Below are positions 10,827 to 21,826 of a stretch of DNA of 64,000 bases, piece after piece. A program made the position numbers and the translations under genes. Position 1 is the stretch's first letter, and the number at the start of each line of letters is the position of its first letter. The notes under the pieces are model-generated. The model was not told the DNA's origin. It saw nothing but the letters and a program-made list of their open reading frames with translations, and did not search any database. This DNA is from Tetramitus jugosus (Eukaryota > Protista > Heterolobosea), in the NCBI GenBank assembly GCA_937625935.1, contig OW569375.1:186001-250000 (forward strand). Direction: 5' to 3'.

Positions 10827-13800
10827 TTACTTAGTGCTGAACAGTTTGTTCAACATGTGAATGGTCATGTTAACATTGAGCTTCACACTGTCAAACTCGA
10901 TGGTTTCTTGATGCTTGGACTGCTTGTCAAGCAATTCGTCCAAATCGAGTGAAATAGTGTGCATGGTCTTTCCGGCCAACATTGCCTCCACATCGAATTG
11001 ACCTGGACTTGGCATGCTGATTTGGAATTTGATCAAACTACGCTGACTCTTCATACCGGAAATATCTTCAATAACCTTGTACTTTTCTGCCAATTGCTTG
11101 TAGCTGAACTTGAAAGATTCCTTTTTCTTACCCTTACGCTTGTTCTTCTTTGCTCCTTCTTCATAATGCTTCCTTCTTGTTTCTTCAATGTATTGCTCTA
11201 GACCTTCAATCATTTCTTGCAAGAATTTAGCGTGATTCTCAAGTGAAGCATACGATTCCTTCAACCGCAAAAGTTCAGTCTTCTGCTTCTCCTTGATATC
11301 TCTTTCGTTTTGAATTTCCTTAGTGATATCAACTAGCATCTTTCTATATCTATTTTGTCTGGTCAAGATCTTGTGATCTTCCAACTTTGGCAAAGAGTTC
11401 TCAACCTTCTCAATCTTCTTTAATATCTTTTGGGAAAGTTCCTTTTGATCTCCATTTTGTGACAATTGTGCAGTGGCATGCTTCTTGGCTGATTCCAACG
11501 TGTCCAAAACATTGTCTCCAAGGGAATCAGGTGGCAAGTGACGCAGAATGAAACGGAAGTTCTCCTTGGTTTCATCATAAATATTCTCAGGATTCTCGGA
11601 CTCCTGCTTGTCAATCTCAATTGAAAATCCACTGGTCAATGGAAGAGTTAATTCTTCATTGCTGTCAGGTGCAAGCTCTTCAGGTGCATCACCCAAGGCC
11701 TTCATCAACTTGTTAAGTGGATCACTGGCATCAGGGGCAAGTCTGTGAAGGTACTTGTGCAACAAGGAATGAGTAGAATAGATTTCATTCCAAGTAATAG
11801 TGATAGATGGAGCCTTCTTAATTGTCAACTCCATGTACTTGTGAACACCCAATGTTTCTTCAGGATCCTGAACATCAATCAAGTTTCTAATGAAACCATT
11901 AATATACACTTCCTTATTCTTCTCCAACCACTCATTCATGAGAGACATTTGATCCTCAGCCTTACTGTCGAACAAGATGTTATTAGTCAAGTTAGTCAAC
12001 ACTCTCGCAATAACAACCAAATTATTTCTCATGTTCAAGGAAATCTTCTTCTTTGTCAATTGGAAGGCATCAGGAGCACAGATAGGTGGATTCATGAATC
12101 TGTAGTATGCAATATATCCAATAACTGCAGATCTATCAACATCAGTGGATTCTGGATGCTTTTGAGTCAACAAAACATTCAATTGCTTGCAAACCCATCT
12201 CAAACCGTATGGTAGCTCATGAACGTTGCTAATAATACCATCCAAGATGGATTGACAAATTTCGGTCAGTCTCTTTGCTCTGTCTGCGACAACCTTGGCA
12301 ACATATTCATCTTCCATTGCCTTCTTTGGGTTAATGTCCTTCATATTGACACCAGACTTAACTCCAGTTTCAACTTCTTGCTTCGAGATATGCTCCTTGA
12401 AGATCTTGACGGCATTCAATTCCAAGTTCAAATCTCTTTCGTTCAACACCTGGGAAATGATCTTGTCAAACAAAACCTTTTGCAAGAAAGTCTTTCCTTG
12501 CAATCTGCGACCATATGTCATCACCATCTTTGGCAACACTGGATTTTCATTCAAGAAACTACCCAAACGTGCGGATTGTGAGATTTCGAGTTGCAGAGTG
12601 ATCTTGAACAAGTTCAGGATCAAATATTCTTCTCTTGGTGAGAAAGCATATCCATAAAGTGTCAAAATAACAGTTTCGAGGAATTTGTCCATCTTTTCTG
12701 CTGGAACAAGATACAAAGCTTGTGATAGGTATTGTGGCTGTGTCTGAAGCAGATAGAACAAATTCGAATATTTGGCTAGGAGTTCCTTGCTCTCATTCGT
12801 AGCAGCTGATGGAGTGCTCAAAAGAACCTTCTTCTTTCTGCCAAACTTTGACTTGCTGTTCAATACCTCTTCAATCTTCAAACGATTGTTGATCAACAAT
12901 TGAATCTTTCTCTCAGAGTTCTTGACTTCTTGCTCAGTTTGAGTATTCTCACGAATTTGACGAACCAACTTCTCTCTCATCTCATTGATTTCAGCCATCA
13001 GATTCTCGTTGTCTCTGCTGACATTGAATGAGCTGAGCAATGAGCTCAACAAATCATGATCATGAATAATGTCCAATTCTTCATCGGACAACTCATTTGG
13101 AGCCTTGGCATTAACACGAATTCTTTGTTTCGAGTGGTCATTATCAACAAGTTCACCATTGATAGTGACATTGATCTTGTAATCACCGACAGCGGAAGGC
13201 ACATAATTCACTTCGTATGTACCATCCTCCAAATCTGTTACCTCAGCAACCATCTCAGTCTTACTGTTGTTGTTCACGAGAACAACTTCAACCTTATCAC
13301 CACCAGTCTTGCGCTTATTGTTAAACACGTCGTGAGTAATAATGTTGAACTTGGATGGGTCATTGAGAATCACAACTCCCAAACCTTCACCTTCCAAAAC
13401 AGTCTTATTTGCACTAGAAACACCAGCATCCGTCACAAGGAGATCACATGGGAATCCACTCAAGTTTTCAAACTTGTCTCCAACTTGCATGGACAATTGA
13501 ACAGCATACTCGGAAGCTTCTTGAACTTTGAATGTAACTTGATAAGTACCGTCGTTTTGATCAGTAATGGTAATGTTTTCCTCAGGGACATGGTCAATTG
13601 TTGTCTTGCTGATAATATGCATGGCCAAAGTTTCACCACCTTGTGCTCTCTTGTTACCGAACTGGTCACAAGCGGCCACAATAACAGTGTTCACTTCACC
13701 TGCCTTGATATTCTTCAAATTACCAGAGACGGTGCATTGACTGGCATCCGTTACACCACTGTCCTTCACATGGAGAGATGAGGATGTTACAACGGTTCCA

Positions 13801-15559
13801 CCCAAGGTTACCTTCACATCATATTCACCTGCTGACTCAGCAGTGAATTCAACAGTGTAGGATCCATCGCTCAAATCAATGACATGAGCATCAAAACTCT
13901 TGGATGCATCTTCTTTGTGGTGCAGTGTAACAACAAAGTTCTCTCCACCAGATGAACGAGTATTGCCATGTTTGTCCTTACCAATAATTGAGAATTGGTG
14001 CTTCTCACCTGCGACAATATTTGAAATTTCGTTCAATCCATTGACTTCAGTCTTGGTTGGATCAGAGATACCAGCATCCTTGACTTGAATAGTTCTTGTA
14101 TCAACCTTCTGACCATCACCCAAGAAGACTTGCAATTCATAATCACCACTCTTTGGACAAGTGTATGTGAACTCATAAGTACCGTCCTTGTTGTCAATCA
14201 CAGTAGCATTAAAAATGCTCTCACTTGATTCACTGCCAGTCACTAGAGACAATGTGGCACTGAAGTTCTCGCCTCCGTTGCCTCTATTGTTAAACTTGTC
14301 TCTGGACTCGAGAGTGAAATGATTGGCTACACCGGCTGTAGCGCTAGATAGACCAATACCCTCCAAGACACACTTGGATGGATCACTGGTTGGGTTGGAT
14401 CGCACCTTGACAGACATTGGACATCCCTTCAACAAGAACACTTCTGGTTCTTCGTCATCGGTCGTTCCCTCCATATCAATCAATTGAATCTCCATCTCGT
14501 ACTCACCAGCAATCTCTGGTACGTATTTGACCTCATATTTACCATTGTCTAGATCCCGGATCTCGGCCTTCAGCGTACGCACATCAGACTGCTGCTTCAA
14601 AAATAAGTTGACTTGGAATGATTCACCACCGTGCAAAATTTCCTTCTTATTTACATCACGTGCCACAATGTGGAACAAGTTGTCAACACCGCAAACGGCG
14701 TTACTGGCAGCGTCACCCTCCACGATACACATGTCCGGGTCAGCCAAATCATCATCGTCCAAAGACTTGCTGTCCAACAGATCATCATCGTCACCACTGT
14801 CGTACAATGTCTTTTCATCATTCTCCTGTTCTTCGTCATCGTCGCCAACCGAGAATTGGAACGAGTCACCTCCACCCAAATCGTCCAACTTTTTCAATTC
14901 ATCCTTTGTTCTCTGAATTTCATCAGCGTCGAACGTGAGTCCAGCCTTGCTCAGATTCTTGATACGAATGGCTTTGCCTTGCTTGGACAAGAAATTGGCC
15001 AACGTGTGAATGCAGTGAACCACTTTAAAAATGTTCTTCTTCTCCCAGAGATCAGTCACTTCGAAAATGAAAATTTTTGGGAATTCTACTTCGACACAAG
15101 CACGAATAAACTTGCTCAAATTGTCTACGGCCATGAACTCGAGGACGGAACCGGTCTTCATCACATGAATCTTGTCAATCACATGTGGTGCAAACACTTG
15201 ACCCAACTTGCACAGTACAACACCATCTCTCTATCATCATCAATCACATGCATAGAGGGAAAAAAATCATCATCACTTGTTCGTTAGCTTATCCGGGTAG
15301 TGAAAAACAAAAAAAACAACAACAATAACATTAGCAAACACCATACCAAATTATCAGAAAAGTTGGCCGTACCAGGAGGCATTTTTTCGCCAATGACATC
15401 TTCGATCCATTCCTTGGCTTCTTGTTGTCTCACAAGAAACTCATAAGCTCTTTGTTCTGCAATCGAAACATCAATATTCACATTTTTGTCACGCTTCAGT
15501 GGTGCGTGTTGTGTTTTATTGCTGTTTGCAACTGCTTTTGTCAAATTGTTTGAACTCAT
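10827..15559 (-). CDS. IQGAP-related protein: CH domain + 5 filamin (Ig) repeats + RasGAP-related domain + RasGAP_C/C-terminal domain; exons 15559-15347, 15230-10827
   Basis: Spliced CH domain EAKEWIEDVIG..FSDNL|RDGVVLCKL..DLWEKKNIFKVVHCIHTL, five repeats with D-x-x-DG-x-Y-x-V-x-Y/F, and IQGAP motifs LFYLLQTQPQYL, REEYLILNLF, PYGLRW, YYRFMNP, LNVNMTIHMLNKLF. Intron 15346-15231. Confidence 0.92.
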
Positions 15560-15923
15560 GACTTAGTTAAAAGGGTAACAAAATCAATATGACAGAAAGC
15601 GTTTAGGGGTGTTGGTAGAAGCTGTGAATGTGAATTTTGGTTTCTGTGATGTGTTTTCTTTGTTTCACAAGTGTCAAACGTCAAACCCAACCGTTGTAAT
15701 CTATTGTTTTACAAAGTCGCAGAATCAGAAATCAGAAATCAATCAACTGGTGTCCTTTGGAAGAGCTCAACATTTGCAATGTGGAGGGTGGTGATTATTA
15801 TGTGAACGAAACAGTATGCGCTACAGTTTTTGTCCTCTCAAGTACATGAAACACATGCCCATCCAAGAAGCTTTCACAAAGAATATTTTTGCCGCCAATG
15901 AAGGGGGACAAAAACAAAAAACA

Positions 15924-17621
15924 ATGTCCGCCATCGCCACAGAACAGAGATCACAATTGAAAACATTGCAGCAAAATGTTCTTGCTATCAGTTCCTTGTC
16001 TAACATTCTGAGTAGTTCATTGGGACCTAACGCACACTCAAAACTTATTGTTGATCCAAATGGAAAAGTGATTGTGAGTCAGGATGGCGCATTCATCTTG
16101 CGTCAATTGCAAGTGACACAACCTGCGACTCGCCTGCTTGTAGACAGTGTTTTAACTTTGGATCAGTTGGTAGGTGATGGTACTACATCGACTGCCATAT
16201 TAACATCGGCACTCATTCAAAAAGCATATGATTGTGCGTGCAGAGATGGAGTTTCTATTATTCATTTGATTAAGGGATATCGAGTCGCATTGAAATATAT
16301 TTTCGATGAATTGTTTGATGAGCTATTGGTCATGCAACAATCGAACGACGACACACGAGAGAACCGAGAGGTTGTTGATGATCGAGATCATGTGCAATTG
16401 ATCGTAAGGTCATGCCTATCTTCAAAGCTAACATTACATATGGATGCAGATAAATTGTCCAGTTTGCTAACAGAAGCTTTGTGTCACATCACAAAACCAT
16501 TCGTTCATTACCGATTGCATTTTATATCATTGTTGGGACAATCTGTTCAGGAATCAATGCTATTTCATAATACGATACTATTGCCGAGTGAATCTTTGAC
16601 GACCACAAAAGAATTGAAGGAGGATGGAAGATATGGTGTTGTTTTTATTCATGGATCGATACAAAGACAGAGATCTAGAATAAAACACACTGCTCTATTG
16701 TCTACTGTCGAAGAGCTTGAGAAATTTCAGATAGACGAGGAATTGGAATTCGAAAAACAAGCGAAGCATATACTAGACTTAAATGTAAAAGTTGTGATTG
16801 CGACAGGACAAATACACAGACTTGTTGTACATCACTTGCAGCAGCATGGAGTATTAGCGTTGGCTCTAAATGAAAGTTCTACCCAATCTAGTTCAGTTCA
16901 CAATTTTGTATGCGAAACACTGGGATGCAAAATGGTTTTCGATTCAGCAGATTTAACAGTGGATCATGTTGGTCTCGTTACCAACGTCAAGAAAATGTTT
17001 TTTAGCACAAATAGTCAGAGTGCTTCATATTTCCTATGTTTGAAAGGTAGTGATTCATCAAAAGTTAAAACTAGTTGTATTGTTCTTCGGTCAGGAACGA
17101 AGATCCAGTGTGAGGAGCTGTTGAGGCATTGCCATGATGTTACACATTCTGTTTTTGCTCTTCATAATCGAAAGAAGAGGAGAAATTTCAAAGAGGGATT
17201 TCTGCCTGGGGGTGGAGCATTCGAAATACAATGCGCACTTAAATTGAGACAGCGAGCTGATACAACGACAGGAAATATTGATAGCCATGGGATCAAGTGT
17301 TTTGCTGACTCTTTAGAAGTCATTCCATGTATTCTGTGTGCAAATGCAGCCTTGGATGTTGCTCGCACAATGAATGAGCTGTACGTGAAGCATAACTCAG
17401 GATCAGTGACAGAAGGAGTTCCAGATTTGTTTGCTTATCGGGAGTCAACCAAACCAGTGTACGACAGCAGTTTCACAAAGAGAGCTGTTCTGCAAATCGC
17501 AGCAGACACGGCCTGCTCCATTCTCCAAAGTATGTTTTCTCTTCTCATTGTTACCTCCCAAAGAACATGGACTAACAGTTACAATCTCGGACATACAGTC
17601 AATGCAGTCATGCACTCCTGA
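15924..17621 (+). CDS. Divergent group II chaperonin-like protein (CCT-like / BBS6-10-12 type); probable intron 17530-17598
   Basis: SSSLGPNAHSKLIV, SQDGAFIL, VGDGTTST, IVLRSGT, LPGGGAFE, FADSLEVIP, VYD..K. Removing the 69-bp gtatgt..actaac..catacag intron gives the chaperonin-like end SILQINAVMHS. Confidence 0.85.
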   Translation: MSAIATEQRSQLKTLQQNVLAISSLSNILSSSLGPNAHSKLIVDPNGKVIVSQDGAFILRQLQVTQPATRLLVDSVLTLDQLVGDGTTSTAILTSALIQKAYDCACRDGVSIIHLIKGYRVALKYIFDELFDELLVMQQSNDDTRENREVVDDRDHVQLIVRSCLSSKLTLHMDADKLSSLLTEALCHITKPFVHYRLHFISLLGQSVQESMLFHNTILLPSESLTTTKELKEDGRYGVVFIHGSIQRQRSRIKHTALLSTVEELEKFQIDEELEFEKQAKHILDLNVKVVIATGQIHRLVVHHLQQHGVLALALNESSTQSSSVHNFVCETLGCKMVFDSADLTVDHVGLVTNVKKMFFSTNSQSASYFLCLKGSDSSKVKTSCIVLRSGTKIQCEELLRHCHDVTHSVFALHNRKKRRNFKEGFLPGGGAFEIQCALKLRQRADTTTGNIDSHGIKCFADSLEVIPCILCANAALDVARTMNELYVKHNSGSVTEGVPDLFAYRESTKPVYDSSFTKRAVLQIAADTACSILQSMFSLLIVTSQRTWTNSYNLGHTVNAVMHS

Positions 17622-17811
17622 AGGCCATTTTTCTAGTATTCGGAGAAAATTTTAATTGTAAGCGAAGTTGTAAAATTCCTCTATGTTCTAAAGATAGATT
17701 GGCCATAATTGTTTGATCACAATTTTGAGGGCGACACAGAACCCAGCAAACAAAAGCAAGAATTTTGCCATCTGTACATAAACAAAGACATCAATAATCA
17801 GTATTCAAACC

Positions 17812-18754
17812 ATGTCCAGCGCAATTAAACCAACCGCCATATACAATCACGATCCACTAAAGGAGCTGTCAAAGGCTCATTCCATGGGTGTATGTGTCGA
17901 CAACACACTTTCATTTTTTTCAATGTCCATTTTGTCCATATACACGCAGCCGTGGCTATTCACTGCATTGCTGCTATGGGCACCCATTTCTGATTGTGCC
18001 GCATGACCACAAAAACTAACTCTTTTGTCTTTCTGTTCTTTTCTTGCTCACAATAATGATGTTGTTGGATAATGTTGATGCTGGTATTGGAATTAATAAT
18101 GAATAATCCTGTACTTCTTGTCGATCTTATTTTTGTTGATGTGTGTAGACTTCCATCATGGCCGTCGAGTTTGATGGTGGTGTTGTTGTCGGAGCAGACT
18201 CACGTACCACAACTGGTGCCTACATTGCGAACAGATTATCCGATAAATTAACACCAGTGAGTGACCGTGTATTTTGTTGTCGATCAGGAAGTGCTGCTGA
18301 TACACAAGCTGTGGCCGACTATGTTAAATTCTATTTGCAAATGCACAAGGTGGAATTGGGTGGATATCCACTCGTCAAAACAGCTGCAAGCTTGTTCCAA
18401 ACCATTTGCTATCAGAATAAGGATGCATTAATGGCAGGTATTATTTGTGCTGGATGGGATCCAATCAAAGGAGGCAGCGTGTACTCTATTACTTTGGGTG
18501 GCTCACTGATTAAGCAACCATTGGCATTTAGCGGCAGTGGTAGTACATATATCTATGGTTATTGTGATGCTAACTTCAAGCAAAATATGAAGAGAGATGA
18601 ATGTATTGATTTTGTGAAGAATTCCCTGGCATTGGCTATGGCCAGAGACGGATCATCTGGTGGTGTTATCCGTTTGGCTGTTATTGACAAGGATGGAGTA
18701 GAGCGACAAATGGTTCCACATCAACAACTTCCAAAGTTCTACGACACAGACTAA
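17812..18754 (+). CDS. PSMB6: 20S proteasome subunit beta 1 (PSMB6/Pre3); exons 17812-17889, 18149-18754
   Basis: Propeptide ends HSMG, then [63 protein letters not shown] 259-bp GT-AG intron separates the exons. Confidence 0.97.
17946..18012 (+). ncRNA. Candidate intronic structured RNA (possible H/ACA-type guide)
   Basis: GC-richer island in a T-rich intron with stems gcagc/gctgc and ggcac/gtgcc. It ends in ACA immediately before the ACTAAC branch site. Confidence 0.3.
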
Positions 18755-18811
18755 AAGCAAACAAACCAGTGTAAAAACAATTCTTCTAATTTCATAATCA
18801 TGCATCGTCTT

Positions 18812-19720
18812 TTATTGTTGTTTGGCAGTGGGTGCAGTATCGCTAGGATGATGTGAACTTTCTGCCTTCGGTTCTTCCGGCTGGGATATCTTGTTTTCTT
18901 GTTGGACGACTATTTCACTTTCGGGTGTTGTTGTATGACCATCATTTTCTTCTTTGCTACTCTTCAATTGTATTGGGTCAACATCCTTGTCAGCATTGGC
19001 TTGAGCGCTTAGTGTCGGGTCAACCAGAGGTTTATCTTCCTTGCTTTCTTTTTGGATAGGAGGTTCAGTTTCAGTCTGCTTTGCTGGAGCAGACATAAGA
19101 GTTTCCTGCTGTGGTGGTAAATTAGATTCTTCTGATGGTTTAGAGGATGGCTTTGCAGAAGTTGGGCGGCTCGGAGGTGTCGAAGTTTCGTTCGATGGTT
19201 CCTCATTACTCGTCAACTGCTTAACAATCTTGGTGATCAACGGTGTGTTCACCCCTAGAACTTGTCTTTTCATACGACCAGATTGATACAATACAAATGT
19301 AGGTTGAGATTTCCCAGAGAGTGGTTGCAACACCTTGAGCCAGTTTTCTCTTCGAGTGTCATCATCAATATCCCCTTCTTCACCATAAGCTTCTTCTTCA
19401 CCTTCTGATTTCATACCTGTGATGATCTTCTCAGCATCAACAACCAAAAACTTAATATCCTTCTCTTCAGAGTATTCAAGGAACAATCGTTGAAATGTTG
19501 GTTGAATCGCCTTGCATGGACCACACCTAAAGTGAAAGATTGAGAATTTAAGTTCTCAGGTTTGGAATGAGTATAACAAGAAAAAACTACAAACGAACCA
19601 TGAAGCATGAATATCGCACACAAGCACACTTCCTGCGCTTGTTTTGCTTCTTCTTAGCTCTTCCTCCCATTTCCTAAAGTCAGTAATGTATATCTGGAAA
19701 TCTTTCATCTGAGACGCCAT
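18812..19720 (-). CDS. Thioredoxin-domain protein (TXNDC3/dynein light-chain thioredoxin-like) with low-complexity tail; exons 19720-19599, 19526-18812
   Basis: Splicing the 72-bp intron restores CDIHASW|CGPCKAIQPTFQRL. The SQPTFVLY..GVNTPLI pattern resembles axonemal thioredoxins. Confidence 0.82.
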
Positions 19721-19809
19721 TTTAAAATCGCACTGCTTTATCTCTGTAGATTTGTGGTTGCTTCCTGTTGGCGCTAAAATTGGTTCTACAACTTCGAAGA
19801 CAGCGACAA

Positions 19810-20607
19810 ATGATAGAAACCAATTCAACGCAAGACCATACCTTTCGAAAGGTTTGTCCTAATGCTGAATCGTGGATTAATAAGGAAGAGAATGCAGACT
19901 ACTTGTCAAAGTGGGGTTTTCATTTGAATGAGAACATGTTCTACGATACTTACTACTACGAACCACCACATGCTGATAAATCTGGTATGAAACGTTTTCT
20001 ATCATCTCTGGTATCAGTGCACTTGAACAAAAAGATGAAAGATGTTCATTTTTCACATGTGAAATGCTCTGAAACAAGAATGGACATGTTTGATTCATTT
20101 AAAGAAAAAGGAGTGGTGAATGGTGAAACAGATCTGATTAGGAAATGCCCAGACGTTTATATGGATTATGATGTTACAGTGAGTGATTGTTTGAGAATGG
20201 TATTGCTTTGTGGAGACGCTCAACAGGACGATTATTCGAGTTCGCTCTTGTATGAATATGATTATGAAGAGATGTCAACAGCTATACCGAGTGAAAAGAG
20301 AGAGGAGTTCTTGTATTTGATCATGAAAACTCTGGCTCAAGGAGGAGGAGTGCTATGCCAATATGAAGACAGATTTAAACCATATTTCGATATGACGAAA
20401 GCAATCTATAAAGACATGGTCTCAGTACAACGGATTCATAAAACAAACGAGCTGATTGTCAGTACAGATGTGTACGAGTTAAAAAATCACTCAAAGGACC
20501 TATTTGGAGCTTCATTGAATCCACATAGCACTTGTTATGTTGCCATTGATAAATTGAATCAAAAGTGTACCATTTGGAGAACTCTATTCCAAACCTCCAT
20601 CCTCTAA
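19810..20607 (+). CDS. CFAP300: Cilia- and flagella-associated protein 300 (C11orf70 / DNAAF17)
   Basis: LSKWG, SDCLRMVLL, EFLYLIMKTLAQGGGVLCQYEDRFKPYFDMTKAIYKDMVSVQR and CYVAID match family motifs. Confidence 0.88.
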   Translation: MIETNSTQDHTFRKVCPNAESWINKEENADYLSKWGFHLNENMFYDTYYYEPPHADKSGMKRFLSSLVSVHLNKKMKDVHFSHVKCSETRMDMFDSFKEKGVVNGETDLIRKCPDVYMDYDVTVSDCLRMVLLCGDAQQDDYSSSLLYEYDYEEMSTAIPSEKREEFLYLIMKTLAQGGGVLCQYEDRFKPYFDMTKAIYKDMVSVQRIHKTNELIVSTDVYELKNHSKDLFGASLNPHSTCYVAIDKLNQKCTIWRTLFQTSIL

Positions 20608-20643
20608 AGCTATCGTGTCATCAATAAACAGAAACCTACTCTC

Positions 20644-21639
20644 CTATTCATATCCGATACCAGCTCTATCCGTTTTAATCTTAAGATTCATGATTGAATC
20701 AGCAGCCATACCAGCTCTATTGTCATTCTGCTTCGTGTCAGATGAGGAACTGTTCAGAGATTCACCAGGTTTCCAGCCCATTTTCACCAACAACCGATGT
20801 CCAATATTGGTTGATGGAATCTCTTTTGCCAACTGAGCCAAAGACACATCTTCCTTCATCTTCTTCATCCACTTGTACTCTGTAATCTCGTCACCTAGCT
20901 CCACAGAGAATGCCACACCCGTGCACATATCATTGACAAACATTTGGAACTCTCCATTGGGCACACTGAGTGATAAATCTTGATGAATCACAATATCGTC
21001 TTCTTCATTGTCATCACTCTCATCACTCTCGTCCTCCTCCTTCTTCTTTCGAGTGCTGTTCTTGTTGGATGACTTGTTATTCTTGAGACAGAGAACATGA
21101 CCAGACATGTTGGCTAACTCCTTCTTGTAATTGTAGTTATCGGTCCTGAGTATGACCCTTGTTGAACAATTGTTGTTTCTTGTTGTCAACATTGACAGTT
21201 GAATGATCAATACACCGTCTTGCCATGGCTTTTTGGAAGATGATTTGCCATGTTTGTACATGGCAGAGTAGTATTTGAATTTTTTATTCACTGTTGATGG
21301 TGTTGTTGAATTCTCTGTCGATTGATTCTCATTATTTTGTTGTATTGCTATTGTATTGTGAGTGTGAGTGGTGGTTGTTGAAATGGATGTCGAGGGCTGG
21401 AGAATGGTGCTGGATTTGCGAAAACCAGATATCGTCTTTGGTTTCTTGTTTGCATGATCATTGGCACTACCTGACATTGATGACTCACCCAATCTTCGTG
21501 GTGGTTGAAATTTTCTCTTCATTTTGTTGATGGTAGTTTTTAGTTGTTTTCTTTCTTCATTGTGCTGTAAAAAGCTCTCGAGTTCCCGTTTTCTCTCGAA
21601 CAGGAGTTTTTTTTGCAACTGACGCCCAATAAAGTCCAT
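20644..21639 (-). CDS. G-patch domain protein
   Basis: C-terminal IPSTNIGHRLLVKMGWKPGESL...KTDRAGIG. Confidence 0.85.
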   Translation of the reverse strand: MDFIGRQLQKKLLFERKRELESFLQHNEERKQLKTTINKMKRKFQPPRRLGESSMSGSANDHANKKPKTISGFRKSSTILQPSTSISTTTTHTHNTIAIQQNNENQSTENSTTPSTVNKKFKYYSAMYKHGKSSSKKPWQDGVLIIQLSMLTTRNNNCSTRVILRTDNYNYKKELANMSGHVLCLKNNKSSNKNSTRKKKEEDESDESDDNEEDDIVIHQDLSLSVPNGEFQMFVNDMCTGVAFSVELGDEITEYKWMKKMKEDVSLAQLAKEIPSTNIGHRLLVKMGWKPGESLNSSSSDTKQNDNRAGMAADSIMNLKIKTDRAGIGYE

Positions 21640-21826
21640 TGACACACTGTGTCCCTTTCTTCACTCCTTGAAGTGGCAAGAACTCAACCAGTGAAAAAGC
21701 GGACATTTTAGTTGATTTTGTTCCAACCAAAAAAAAACAAATGCAAAGGAAAGACTTCAAACCATCTGCGATCATATTTCTCCTACCTCCCCAACCACAA
21801 CAACAAGCAATAACAACGACGACAAC

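Noticed and set aside
10959-15287. Many 80-240 aa plus-strand ORFs antisense to the IQGAP-like gene (similar cases over CCT1, GMC, RNF10)
   Set aside because: Shadow ORFs produced by codon bias, with no motifs.
17890-18148. TPP riboswitch or C/D snoRNA in the proteasome intron
   Set aside because: It lacks the TPP core motifs and has no RTGATGA C box upstream of the single CTGA.
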